Shown here: one piece after another, positions 51,701 through 61,316 of the stretch
How positions within the stretch are numbered: the first letter of the stretch is position 1
Layout: each line of letters opens with the position of its first letter
Assembly (NCBI GenBank): GCA_002633005.1
Contig: NMRA01000510.1
Span: 241,436-305,435, forward strand
Direction of reading: 5' to 3'
Length of the DNA: 64,000 bases
Origin: Phoronis australis
Taxonomy: Eukaryota; Animalia; Phoronida
Notes under the pieces: generated by a model
The model's database searches: none
The model's input: only the letters and a program-made list of their open reading frames with translations
Told to the model about the DNA's origin: nothing
Position numbers and translations under genes: made by a program

Positions 51701-54700
51701 GACGTTGCCGATGACTCGAAAAGTGGAAACTGCTCTTTATGTTTCGGAGAAACGAAAATCGTAATTGCCAAGGCTTATGAGATAGTGTGGTCATCAATGG
51801 CATCTGCACATGGTATTAAATCGCGGTGACAAATGGTGCGATTCCACGGCCAAAAATGCGTGGAGCTTGGAGTACACAGAATATTTTGTAGAAAAATTGG
51901 ATAAAAGAAACGGCCAATGTGTTCGCAAACGGCACAAGTCGGGGTTTGCGCGCTGTAAACTTTGACAGAGGGACAATTACGGCATGTGTGGCCGAATCGC
52001 GGAGGACCACCTGAAAACGATGAAACACATGAAAGAAAATGCTTTGTGAAACGAAATTCAACCGTAACTGGTAATTCGTTGGATTGGAATGGGGGGGGAT
52101 TGAGTGATGTATGAAATTCTTTTGTTTGATCCCACGTGCCTGCAGTTGCCAAATTGGCTGCTAAGTCTGAGTCCGATATTCCATGTGCCGCCGAAACGGG
52201 CTACAAAGTGCTGTTTTCGTTACTGCAAATGTGTTTTAAATCGCCGTTGATGTATTCCAATTTATTTTTGATGTTTTTCATGTTTTGTTAAAAAGTCTTA
52301 TTTTGACTCACTCTAGTTTTGCGGCTCGAGAGAAATGGGCTCGTGACAGGTTCTGAATGATCTGATTGGTCTAAGCCAGTGTTTACAAATTCTGCTAGCC
52401 TATTTTGAGTGTCCTTGAAGTCATTTGTTATGTCACACAGTTTGGCCAACTTAGGATTGTTGATGTTTTTCTGTAGTTCAAAGTACGTAGTTTTTTACTT
52501 TCATTTTTCCATGCTAACAGTTAGGGTATGAGCCACTAGTTTTCGTCTTTACTTTTTTCCATTTGCGTTGGAATTGATTCAATGTTTTGTTGGAATTATA
52601 TGGGTATGCATTTCAGGCTTTCCAGATAATCTCTGGATCGATTTTCAAAAAAAATTTTATCGTAATTGTAAAAACTTAAAATGATTTTATAGGTCTCCCT
52701 GCAGCAAATCAAGAATAGCTTCTGTCACTTTCACTGCAAATTTTGCATCATCTTTATTATTTTAATTTAAAAAAATGTCTTCTGTTTCGTCTAATTGCCT
52801 TCATTATTGTTGCTGAAATAGATATCAGGGAACTGCTTAAGATGAGTAGTTTTTGCCAACACAACGAAGTTACTGGGCATCTTGTGATAATAATGTTTAC
52901 TTTCGATCTGTTGAGATATGGTTGTTTAGATTGCAATGTGTATTTGGGGCAGTAAAAAACTTCCTCTTTTTTGTCATGGGTCATTCCAAGCCCTGGTGCT
53001 ATTGACCAGAAAACAGAGACTGCAGTGAAATTTATTTGAAATCGTCGCATCCTGTTTCCCGCATGCACAGCCATTGTATATTAAACAGACCTTTTGACAA
53101 ATAGGGGTTCGCCTTGGGATTGTATCTAGCCTTATCTCTAACAGGATAAGTGCCAAAAGTTTACCCTTGCTGTATGATTTTTTGTACTTGCGGAAATTGT
53201 GATTTGTGTTGTTTTAATACGAATGTTTTGATTTGCTTGAATGATGATCTAATTCTTCTGGAAGTGAAAACTGTTGTATCTGTTTTTCCACAGGTTTGTG
53301 CTGCTAACTTTGGTGATATGTGCTCAGTAGTGGGTAGTCAGCTGACGGAAGATGTACTGGTAAGTTGTCCTTGTGGCTGTGTAACCAGGAAAAGGGAGAG
53401 CCCAAGTTACGCCAAGTCTTGGTCGAGCTATGGTGTATGTCTTTGAGTTGGTTTGGGGAAACATTGAATGTACTCATTTCCTTTTTTTGTGCATCAACAA
53501 AGCTTTGTAAACCCTCATATTGGGAGACGGCAGTCTTCAGTCTTGGGTTTTGGTTAGTTTTGATGAAAAGCCAGTGTTGATGGGGTGTTATTCTCGGAGC
53601 AGCAGAAAATCTGGTGACAAGTTTTTTTTTTTGAAAAACCTGACATTTTCTCATTGGGTCCGAACATGATGGGAAATTTGCACCTATTTCCTTTCAGATT
53701 AATGTCCAGCAATCTTTAATTGAGAAATATAAAACCAATTGGCGGTGGTTTGCCAAGTAATCTAACCTGATGGGTTATTGCCAGTGAAATCCGAAAATTC
53801 AGTGTGATGTGTCAAGTCGTATGTGGGAATTGTGGGTTAACGCGGATTGTGTGGTATCTAGGTGACATGTACTTTAAATCTCTTCGTTGCAGCTGATCAA
53901 GTTCTACAGTTTGTGTGAAGATGGCGTATGGGGTGTACGGAAAGCTTGCGCAGAGTGTTTCATGCAAGTATCTTGTGCCTGCTCCCAGGACGTGAGACAC
54001 GAACAGTTGGCTCGGCACTTTGTAGGCCTCCTCTGTGACCAGTCACGCTGGGTGCGCATGGCTGCCTTCCAGGCCCTGGGGCCGTTCATCTCAACGTTCG
54101 CTGACATGGGCCACACAGGCCTGTACTTGAATGAGGATGGTGTATTGTGTATTCAGGAAAGGAGAGCCAGGTGTGCAATAACCTTGTGAATCAACTTTCA
54201 AGGAGATGCTTAAGGTTGCGTAGAACCTTATCAAGAAGTCTGCATTTTACCAAATTTCTAAAAAAAATTATAGACATTAAATGTAAAACTAAAAGTAAAT
54301 TATTTCTGTAGGTTAAGAACATAGTCTACATTTTTATGTGCCCACATATTTATATGTGGACGCATTATGCCGTCATCTGCGTCCGTCCGGCGTCCGCTGC
54401 TCTATCTCTGATGTATGCTCATGAAACTTTACACATGTGTTCCTTTCATGGATGGGACGGCATGAGCGAACTTTCGGGCGGATCCGAGTACCGGTGTGCC
54501 CCCTAGTGGCAATTTTAGTTTCTTACGTTTACCGCTGTATCTTCAAAGGTCCTTAAGGTATTTTCATGAAATTTGGAAAAAGGCATCTATTAGTGAGACG
54601 ACAGTATCTTCACGTTTTCTGATGGATTCGACGTAGTTTGCCCCACCTTGTGGTCATTTTTATGCACCCACATACATGTGGACACATTATGCCATCGTCT

Positions 54701-57700
54701 CCGTCTGGGCGTCGTCCATCCGGCGTCCGCTGCTCCAAAACCCTTTGACATACGTTCATGAAATTTGGCATATATGTTCCATTCATGAATGAAACGGCAT
54801 GAGCGAACTTTCGGACAGATTCAAGTACCGGTGTGCCCCCTAGTGGCAATTTTAGTTTTTTAACGCTTTGTATCTTCAAAAGTCCTGAACGGATTTTGAT
54901 GAAATTTGGTATGTAGGCACCTGTTAGTGAGATGACGCTATCCTCCCGTTTTTGGATGGATTCAACTTAGTTTGCTCTGCAGATAAACAATGTGTGGAGA
55001 ATGAATCGGCAAAAATGCCTCTCACTGGCAAATGTAGCAGACTCCAAGATGAGCTGAATTTATGTCTAGATAAGTTGGTGCTAAATGAAAAAAAGTCTGA
55101 TGGTTTGTATTTTATTTATTTATTTTTCATTTTAAGTGTCTTGTGTTAATTAGTAATTAAGTATGTAACTTGGGGGAGTGACGGCACTTGGGGAAACTTA
55201 GTCTCGTCCACAACTCAAGATGCTTTCTTGTTTCTAATACTAGTTCACCTGTTAACTTTAAAAACTTTCAAATGCAGTGAAATTGCATGGAGGTAGTTTT
55301 TCCTGTCTCAACTTGCACTGTGAAACGGCTTACCAGTGCACCTAATCCAATCATCAGTCTGTTGCTACCATTGGTACCTGTTTGAAGTGACATCTGTGAA
55401 TGAAGCTTGAAATTTCAGTTATGGCTTGGTATCATATGTCCCACTGTAGTTAAGCTTGTTCGCAGCTCTATATGGTGTCAATTTCCATGAAATATCAAAA
55501 ACCTCATACTTAGAGAGACTTCCGCCATTGTAGCTTTGCAATGGACGTGGCCTGATTGCATTTGTTGGAACTGTCCATTTGCATGAATTGTTTTCCGAAA
55601 GCATTTACGCAAAGCAACATTTTCCTATTCTTTGCTGTTGATCAAAAGATTATGTAGTGTAGGCTGTATTGCATCTGTGCTTGATTTGGTGTCTTCTTTA
55701 CAGGGGAGATAAGCCAACAAGTGAACCAAGTGCTAGTGAACAGGAAGTGCAATATTCCCTCAATGCCGGCGATTCTGACTGTGATAAAGACGATCCCAAA
55801 GAGGGTGCTAACGAATCGAACAAACACTTAACAGACATGGACATAGATAGCATAGAAAGCACGGAGGTGGATAGTTTAGCATCAGATACTAGTGCTCCTC
55901 GAGTAGATATTTCGTTTGAGGAATTGCGTGCGCAGAATTACACGAACATGGATTTGGAGGATCAGTGGAGCATGGTTTCCACTCGGGGATCTGAGGCTAA
56001 TTTAAAGGATTTTGATGTAGACAACGGAGTAACGGAATCAAAACAGTGTGAGGGTGGTGTGTCGGAGGATACTTGTGAGGCTGAGAGTAGAACAAATCAA
56101 ACTAGTGCAGATAGTAATGATAAAAGTCTTTGCTCATCTGGAGAGGCCAGTGACATCAGTGGGGAGACGGGGCAGGGTGATGCAACCCAGCCTGCAGTGA
56201 CAATTGATGACTTTAATGCGTTCAACTACTGGCGCACTCCGCTACCTGTGATAAACTTGGAAGAGATTGTCGACGACAAACCCTGTGATACGTATCTGCC
56301 AGGTGACGAAGCAAGTGCTGTGGTGTCCCAATACGATGACATCACCGCCCACCTGGACTCGCTGGCCCAGACATTAGAGTCGCAAGCTGTCTCCGAAGGG
56401 GATGACAACCTGCCAGTAACCATCCACACGGCCAGTGAGAGTCTAGTTAATGAAGAAGTGGAAACTGTACGCAACATTGGCAGTACACATGTGGTGGGAC
56501 AGAGCCTGGACGAGACACTATTGACTGTGGTCAATGGACAGGTGAAGGGTAAGTGCTGTCTCAACAGGGAGCGATGGTTCTCTTAAGTATGAGTTGAACT
56601 GGTTTCTGGAAGTTTTCCAAAAGTTGGATATAAAGAAGTTAAAGTTAATGGCTGCGGGCTTGAGTAGTACTCCAGCCTCAACTTTGCTTGTGATAGTCAT
56701 CTGTCATAATGCTACAGGTTTTTATAATGTGACCAATTCAAATCTACCTAGACGAAGTAGCGTGGTAAGCCGATCTATGCGTTATTTGTGGATATTCTTG
56801 ATGTCTCGATTATTGGCGTGTTTTTCCTTCAGATGTTAATCCATCTTTGAGTTACTATGATGTTGACTCGCCACTGGATTCACCGCCACCAGAGTTCAGG
56901 GCATCCTTGTCACCGCAGCCTCCTCTTGGAGCAGAGGAGCAGGTGGGTAGTGTTCCAGACATATTGCTTTTGGTGTACAACTTGGCAGGCTCGTAGATTC
57001 TTGAACAGTCAATAGTGACATAACTATTTAGCTTCTGATCTGAGAAAAGTTGAGACCATTTTTTTAGTATACCGGTTTATTGTCTGGTTTGTAATTTAAT
57101 GTTTTTGACATGGAAAATTGAGACTTGCAGTTGCATCTGAATATGAATTTTTGTTTGATTTTCGGCACGGTTATGAGTAAACTATAAGACTAAGACATTA
57201 TTTTGTGAATTTCGTGGTAAACTATTGTCTCCCCTGACTAGGACGTGATCCCGCAGGCGCTGCTAGAGAACTACCTCAGTATGATTGACCCATCACGTGC
57301 CCAGACTGTGGACACGGACATCGTACGCCACTGTGCCTACAGCTTCCCTGCAGTAGCATACACACTTGGCAATAGTTACTGGTACTGTCTCAAGTCTCTC
57401 TATGAAACTCTTGCTGGTGACATGCAGGTAAGCTGGTCTATCTTTGGTTACTGTCATTGCTTATGATACAAGTAGAGCTGCACACTGTTTAGAATAGAAC
57501 AGACCTGTGTGCCATACGCAAAAAAAATCCGGATTCGTACTGAAATCAAGTCTCCAGCCACCGGGCAAAAATACGCAAATTCAAAAGAGATTATTAATTG
57601 GTTTTTTCTCAATAAATATGTAGTCAAAACGGACGAGGAAGAAGATTTCAAAGTTAGAAATAAAAAGTATTGTAAAATCATCATTATGGCCAAAAAGTTG

Positions 57701-60700
57701 AGCTACAAACTCGGAAAACTTACTTCGTTTCATTCTCGAAATAGCCCGATAATCGGCGAATCGCAAGGCCTCTTCTATTGGTATGTGTCTCACAAGCCTA
57801 ACCTATAAGTAACGACTTCTGTGATTTGTGGATTGCTTACTTCGTCTAATGCCGGCTATTTACGGTTAAATATATACTGTTGACAAAATGACAAAACATT
57901 AATGGTGGCATATTCCTTGCTGTGAAGAAAGTAGCTTCTGAAAGAAGGGAACGTCTGTTTTTGCCACGTTATTCCAAAGAATGACAATGTCTTATTCAAG
58001 GGACCGTGGAATTTAAAGTGGGCAAAAGGACCTGAGGGAAACCAAAAGTCCGAGAAAACGAGACAAAAGTCCACTAAAAAGGCAAGAATTCGGCGAAAGC
58101 TCTGAACGCAGAGCAAACCCTTTTTTTAGTGAAAGGCCCAGAAAAATTCACAACCCTCCAATATTTTAGGTAAATTTGATCTGTACGTAAAAATCTACAT
58201 ATTTACTGAAAAATCTGCAAATCTGGTGTCCAGAGTATTCCAATGCAGTTTTGGTGGTACACAGGTCTGATGGAATTCCAGATAAAATTCAATATTGATG
58301 TTTTCTTATTGGTACAATAGTTCAAAGGTGCTGTTAGCAATACTTGTAAGAACTTGAGAATGTTAATCCCACACGAAAAATTGATGGTGAGCAAAGAGCA
58401 TTTCCCCCTCGATCAAAAAGTAGGCAGAGGTACCTTTGTTGGATGATTGAAGGCTGTTTGTGTGTGCCATTTGCAAACCCAGTTTGCATGTAGTTTCTGG
58501 TTTTGGTGTATTCTTTCTAAACATTTGGGGCAATGAGTTGACGATGGCCAATCATGAGATGTTTGTGAATTGACTTGGAAAGCCGACTTGACTTGGCGAA
58601 GTGTTTAAATCTTGCTTGCATGAATTTGTGTGGCTCTTGAAAGATATTCAAGAACTCTGCATATTTGATGTTGGTGTGTTGTTCTCATCTCTGTCTAGGA
58701 GTACAGCATCCCACTGTTGTGTCCCCTAAACCCTCTCAAGATCGTTACGTTCATGTGAAGTTCACAATGGATGACTGTTTTTGGATTGTGCTTGGATGTG
58801 TCCGCTAAAGGCAATTTTAGTTTTTGACATATGGCATCCCCTGTCAAAATCTACCAGGCTGTCCTTCTGAACCACCCTTAGGAATATGTTTTAGAACACA
58901 CAATGTAGGATGAAATACAAATTAGAGCACTCTTTGTACCACCCTTTAGTTGTAAGGTGTCTACTTAGGTCAGTGGCTGATTCTGTTTTAGTGGAAAGTA
59001 CGGCGGACGTTGGCCTTTTCCATCCATGAACTAGCTGTGATACTGGGTCCTGAGATCACCACACAGGACCTTGTGCCTATCTTTAATGGGTTCCTGAAGG
59101 ATTTGGATGAGGTTCGCATTGGCGTGCTTAAACATTTAGCAGACTTCTTGAGGGTAAGTGTTTGAGATTTCTGTCTAGGACTAGTTCTACAAATCAGCCA
59201 TTTATTGGGTGGCATGCCTGTGTACGCTGGAAGTGTAACGACGATATCCGTGATGTTAAATTCCATTGGATATAAATGCTAAAGATACAATCGCAAAAAC
59301 GCTGTTACAGTTTTCTAAATTATTTTGTTTTATGCAAAATTAGATATTTTTTCTTGAAAATTAGGAAAGTCTTATTTTTGGTAGCCCCTGGTACAAAAAG
59401 GAATGGTTTAAAAATAATACTGAACAGTGTTCTAGAGAATAGTTCCATATGAATTGGATCAGCCATTTCTGTGATAACCTCAAAAGTTAATACAATTGGT
59501 CAATTTTCTAGACTTCTCCATAAAATTACCGTGGTCTTGTGTTGCAGCTGCTGGATCCCTCACTACGCCAGCAGTACCTACCAAATCTCTCTGGATTCAT
59601 GACAACAGACAACAACCGCAACTGGCGGTTCCGTCTAGAGCTGGCAGACCAGTTGATCTACCTGTGTGAACTGTACTCACCTGAGGATATCGCCACCTAC
59701 ATGGCGCCCTTAGCCATGCAGCTGGCTGCAGACAAGGTGTCAGAGGTGCGCAATGTGTCATTCCGCGTGCTCAGTCTCATGCTGCGAAGACTTCGCGATG
59801 CTGACGAGGCTGGTAGAGAGGGAGGGTGTGGACTGGCTGACGCCTACGTCAAGGACATGATAGATAAGTTTGCCAAGAGTCCCAAGTGGTTTGGCAGACA
59901 GACGTAAGTATGGGTGGAAGGCACGGTAACATTGTCTTGTAACAGCTGAAGTCAAGTGATATAATAGAACATTGATTGTGGCCGAAAAATCCAGTGTTCT
60001 TACAGATGAACTAGGCACAGTTAATGGTTAATTAGTTACACATCTTTTGCCTATTGTCATGCAGGTTTGCTCAGCTGTGCTACCATATCCTACACGAGAA
60101 TGCCATGGGTCCAGATTCATTTGCAAGAGAGCTGCTGCCCAGCCTACTGGAGCTAGCCAATGACAGTATCCCCAATGTGAAGATTGCTGTGTCACGCAGC
60201 CTGTCCCAGAGTGTACTGCCTTTGGAATACTTCACCTGCTACCAGAACCCACACCACGAACTCCTGCTTAGTTGTGTGCAGAAACTTCAGTCGGACACTG
60301 ACCGTGACGTGCGCTACTATGCAGCATTGTCGCCGCAGACAGAGATTGAGCACCATGAGACGGTAGGTTGGGGGGTCGGTGTAGGTTGGTGGACTAGACA
60401 GAAGGGTCGGTGTTGGCTGGTGGTGGTGTAGACAGAAGGGTCTGTTTGGACTGGTGGTGGAGTTGACAGAGGGGTTGGTGTAGGCTGGTGGAGTGGACAG
60501 AAGGGTTGGTGTAGGTTGGTGGTGGAGTTGACAGAGGAGTCTATATAGGCTGGTGGAGTTGACAGAGGGATAGGTGTAGGCTACTGGTGGAGGTGATAAA
60601 GGTTGTGCGGCTGGTTTCTCTGTCAGATAAACTTTATCTTTGACCTTGTCTCTGTATGTAGTTGGTGTTTACAGATACCCTATTACTCACATAATTCATC

Positions 60701-60747
60701 CATGGTTATGTCTATTCTGTTTCTTCTATTTTCAGGTTGCTGTATGA
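18766..60747 (+). CDS. PPP4R1: Serine/threonine-protein phosphatase 4 regulatory subunit 1 (HEAT repeats); 15 visible coding exons, 2772 nt (923 aa) as assembled
   Basis: Exons 18766-18772, 18856-18900, 29275-29383, 38747-38853, 41003-41088, 51132-51236, 53294-53359, 53893-54170, 55704-56548, 56833-56942, 57242-57427, 58992-59153, 59548-59903, 60065-60362, 60736-60747; all GT-AG and phase-consistent; motifs LTPLQKLERYMESENIFTRQMVAR, FHVRKVCAANFGD, VWGVRKACAECFM, SRWVRMAAFQALGPFISTFA, DMQWKVRRTLAFSIHELA, NWRFR match recalled PPP4R1. Confidence 0.97.
18856..18900 (+). CDS. PPP4R1: PPP4R1 exon 2
   Basis: ttag|AT...GAAG|gtaagt; (D)IQFYQDDSEEGLEE(G). Confidence 0.88.
20923..20979. repeat. 19-bp tandem repeat x3
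   Basis: cggattttcttttgcgcgc three perfect copies. Confidence 0.9.
21438..21929. mobile_element. hAT-type MITE with 8-bp TSD
   Basis: caggccttcat...ataaaggtctg ends; TTGGCGAC duplicated at 21430-21437 and 21930-21937. Confidence 0.85.
23228..24187. mobile_element. Kolobok-like fold-back element, ~300-bp inverted arms, TTAA TSD
   Basis: ttaa|aggcgaaggcaacc...ggttgccttcgcca|ttaa; arms ~23228-23531 and ~23888-24187 are reverse complements; internal ~65-bp tandem duplication at 23679-23810. Confidence 0.85.
24383..25331 (-). mobile_element. Truncated inverted copy of the 14666-16060 element
   Basis: ta|ccgtattcgccgtaataaccgcccatgcccctataagcgccccccc is the reverse complement of the 16060 end; similarity runs to about 15243. 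Confidence 0.85.
29275..29383 (+). CDS. PPP4R1: PPP4R1 exon 3
   Basis: tcag|GT...AG|gtgagt; ADDDLVSPYGGTSADDFLTPLQKLERYMESENIFT(R). Confidence 0.93.
31397..31552. mobile_element. Small Tc1/mariner-like MITE
   Basis: ta|ccgta...tacgg|ta with internal cttaccgccca / tgggcggtaa repeats. Confidence 0.7.
32600..33260 (+). pseudogene. Decayed PIF/Harbinger (HARBI1-like DDE) transposase
   Basis: Frameshifted pieces in the expected order: VWKGERPQVWWQWVV, ENFHLTRETFYVLHDKL, ANGADYRT, LFGVAKSTV, WGFP, IDGTHVP, DHGYIMTNINIGWPGRV, VFGNSEIY. Confidence 0.85.
35190..36360 (+). mobile_element. Two Helentron/HINE-like copies (35190-35405 internally deleted; 35455-~36360)
   Basis: ttttatg.gcccacatattta.atgtgg heads, gcatttcaacgctc..cgttgct tail, cctagtggc modules; contains n at 35610. 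Confidence 0.65.
38130..38570 (-). mobile_element. Old internal fragment of the 14666-16060 family
   Basis: tttgtagg(g)cctacacgtgaaaaccgc...aagcacgtgg.caggaagcg...gacattagt..gggaact matches 24780-25190. Confidence 0.7.
38747..38853 (+). CDS. PPP4R1: PPP4R1 exon 4
   Basis: ttag|G...TACG|gtgagt; QMVARGILDTLRAVGGMEEECEGVLVAMSRLSDDY. Confidence 0.93.
39780..40070. repeat. Degenerate ~75-bp minisatellite (a further unit at ~40860-40950)
   Basis: Recurring ggtacaaaggac(c/t)tggtgt..ggtaatagga..ctgctggtgct unit. Confidence 0.6.
40340..40776. mobile_element. PIF/Harbinger-like MITE
   Basis: tgcccggttgcatgaaacagtc..aaatag..actcaac vs gttgagttcctatttttgactgtttcatgcaactggcca; related sequence on both sides. 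Confidence 0.6.
41003..41088 (+). CDS. PPP4R1: PPP4R1 exon (upstream of miRNA host intron)
   Basis: tcag|GG...GCT|gtgggt; DVEEQICPIILQLTGPDSIDDLRTEAVA. Confidence 0.92.
42478..43428 (+). mobile_element. Helentron/HINE-like element; includes a probably artefactual 277-bp duplication around n at 43034
   Basis: atgtggacgcattatgcc head, gcgccacctagtg/cctagtggc modules, gcatttcaacgctcccgtgttgctcttgtt tail. Confidence 0.7.
43808..43877 (+). ncRNA. mir-71: pre-miRNA mir-71 (mature 5p 43814-43836)
   Basis: TGAAAGACATGGGTAGTGAGATG equals canonical miR-71-5p; 3' arm cacctcgctaccgtgtctttt pairs with it. Confidence 0.97.
44130..44208 (+). ncRNA. mir-2: pre-miRNA mir-2 copy 1 (mature 3p 44179-44201)
   Basis: TATCACAGCCAGCTTTGATGAGC equals canonical miR-2a; 5' arm ccatcacagctggtgtgccggtag pairs imperfectly. 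Confidence 0.95.
44225..44915 (+). mobile_element. 5'-truncated Helentron/HINE-like copy between mir-2 copies 1 and 2
   Basis: ctgtgcc(c/t)(c/t)ctagtg modules, catgaaatt(c/t)ggcagatag, tail gcgttgctcttggt like 43398-43428. Confidence 0.65.
44961..45028 (+). ncRNA. mir-2: pre-miRNA mir-2 copy 2 (mature 3p ~45000-45022)
   Basis: TATCACAGCCTGCTTGGATAACC; hairpin pairs gttgtagg/cctgtagc, tgtcca/tggata, cagg/cctg, gtgatgtg/catatcac. Confidence 0.92.
46253..47163. mobile_element. hAT-like non-autonomous element with ~6-bp TSD
   Basis: TIR cagacctgtgtacc...ggtacacaggtctg; flanks tgttcg/tgttca; second copy 57500-58269. Confidence 0.8.
47297..47376 (+). ncRNA. mir-2: pre-miRNA mir-2 copy 3 (mature 3p ~47344-47367), divergent
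   Basis: TATCACAGCCCAGCTATGACGAGC; 5' arm gcccgttatagtggctgtgatgtg is complementary, basal stem cggttac/gtggctg. Confidence 0.92.
48243..48312 (+). ncRNA. mir-2: pre-miRNA mir-2 copy 4 (mature 3p ~48286-48308)
   Basis: TATCACAGCCTGCTTTGACGAGT; 5' arm gtcgggtcgttaaagtggctgtgatgtg. Confidence 0.94.
49281..49436 (+). repeat. 52-bp tandem repeat x3 whose last unit contains the mir-2 copy 5 5' arm
   Basis: gatgcggtgctggttgagaaa at 49281, 49333, 49385, each followed by ccatcaga. Confidence 0.85.
49409..49480 (+). ncRNA. mir-2: pre-miRNA mir-2 copy 5 (mature 3p ~49451-49473)
   Basis: TATCACAGCCTGCTTTGATGAGT; 5' arm ttgtagcgccatcagagtggtggtgatgtg, basal stem with gtgctgcag. Confidence 0.94.
49657..49728 (+). 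ncRNA. mir-2: pre-miRNA mir-2 copy 6 (mature 3p ~49700-49722)
   Basis: TATCACAGCCTGCTTTGATGAGT; 5' arm gttgaactttgtcaaagtggctgtgatgtg, basal stem gttgaa/ttcaac. Confidence 0.94.
50389..50698. mobile_element. MITE with 5-bp TSD (hAT5-like)
   Basis: cagggtttcccctg...cagaggaaacactg; AACAT duplicated on both sides. Confidence 0.85.
51132..51236 (+). CDS. PPP4R1: PPP4R1 exon (downstream of miRNA host intron)
   Basis: tcag|TTG...AAA|gtgggt; LMSKMTPLIGKDITERLFLPRFAHLCSDTLFHVRK. Confidence 0.95.
53294..53359 (+). CDS. PPP4R1: PPP4R1 exon
   Basis: acag|GTT...CTG|gtaagt; VCAANFGDMCSVVGSQLTEDVL. Confidence 0.95.
53893..54170 (+). CDS. PPP4R1: PPP4R1 exon
   Basis: gcag|CTG...AG|gtgtgc; LIKFYSLCEDGVWGVRKACAECFM...GPFISTFADMGHTGLYLNEDG. 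Confidence 0.95.
54330..54980 (+). mobile_element. Two head-to-tail Helentron/HINE-like 5' portions (heads at ~54330 and ~54657)
   Basis: tttttatg..cccacata..atgtggac.cattatgcc..gtccgtccggcgtccgctgctc repeated twice. Confidence 0.75.
55704..56548 (+). CDS. PPP4R1: PPP4R1 large acidic, low-complexity exon
   Basis: acag|G...AAGG|gtaagt; 845-nt open frame, D/E/S-rich, contains FNAFNYWRTPLPVI. Confidence 0.93.
56833..56942 (+). CDS. PPP4R1: PPP4R1 exon
   Basis: tcag|AT...CAG|gtgggt; (D)VNPSLSYYDVDSPLDSPPPEFRASLSPQPPLGAEEQ; needed to bridge phase 1 to phase 0. Confidence 0.85.
57242..57427 (+). CDS. PPP4R1: PPP4R1 exon
   Basis: ctag|GAC...CAG|gtaagc; DVIPQALLENYLSMIDPSRAQTVDTDIVRHCAYSFPAVAYTLG...LAGDMQ. 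Confidence 0.95.
57500..58269. mobile_element. hAT-like non-autonomous element, second copy
   Basis: cagacctgtgtgcca...tggtacacaggtctg; flanks atagaa/atggaa; internal blocks shared with 46253-47163. Confidence 0.8.
58992..59153 (+). CDS. PPP4R1: PPP4R1 exon
   Basis: ttag|TGG...AGG|gtaagt; WKVRRTLAFSIHELAVILGPEITTQDLVPIFNGFLKDLDEVRIGVLKHLADFLR. Confidence 0.96.
59548..59903 (+). CDS. PPP4R1: PPP4R1 exon
   Basis: gcag|CTG...AC|gtaagt; LLDPSLRQQYL...TDNNRNWRFRLELADQL...ADKVSEVR...SPKWFGRQ(T). Confidence 0.96.
60065..60362 (+). CDS. PPP4R1: PPP4R1 exon
   Basis: gcag|G...ACG|gtaggt; FAQLCYHIL...LANDSIPNVKI...LQSDTDRDVRYYA...HHET. Confidence 0.94.
60365..60600. repeat. G/T-rich ~31-34 bp minisatellite in the last PPP4R1 intron
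   Basis: Recurring gacagaagggttggtgtagg(t/c)tggtggtggagtt unit. Confidence 0.85.
60736..60747 (+). CDS. PPP4R1: PPP4R1 terminal coding exon (VAV-stop)
   Basis: Strong polypyrimidine acceptor ttttcttctattttcag|GTT GCT GTA TGA. Confidence 0.75.
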   Translation, partial: VAV

Positions 60748-61310
60748 GGTTCTCGGGAACTCGGACAGGAGTAACTTGCTGATGACCATGACACGCTACA
60801 TAAACCAGTAAAAGAAAACACCAAATCATGATGAGATTCTACTAATTGTGTTGACTATATTGACAAATTCTATTGTATCGTTGCTTGAGATTACCTTGCA
60901 TTGTTATTCTCCGGTTTTAGCGATTGGACGTAGCCATTTCAAAGTGGATGATTTGGAGCGTGTTTGTTGGGAGATGATCGAGCAAGAACTTGGTTTGGCC
61001 TTGCAAGCCCCTCCCCTCCCTAAATACCATTGTGTTGAGTGTGTGGTTTTGTTTGGCTGGCCTTCAGTGAAGCTGGTCTGGTTATGATATACCATGTGAC
61101 ATAGTGGACTGGGGGTATTTTTTTGCTCTGGTTCTTGAACTCAAAACTAGACTCAACTGTGTCGTTTTAGCGTAATAACGTTTACATTTAGTAAAAGACT
61201 GTGATGTTTAATTTATTGGAGACATTGGCCAAATTATGTTGTCTCAATTGTACATTTAAATGTACAATAGGCTGGAAATGGGATAGACATATTACGTGGT
61301 GTGTAGGTGG

Positions 61311-61316
61311 AATAAA
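61311..61316 (+). terminator. Candidate polyadenylation signal for PPP4R1
   Basis: First AATAAA seen after the stop codon, ~560 nt downstream. Confidence 0.45.
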
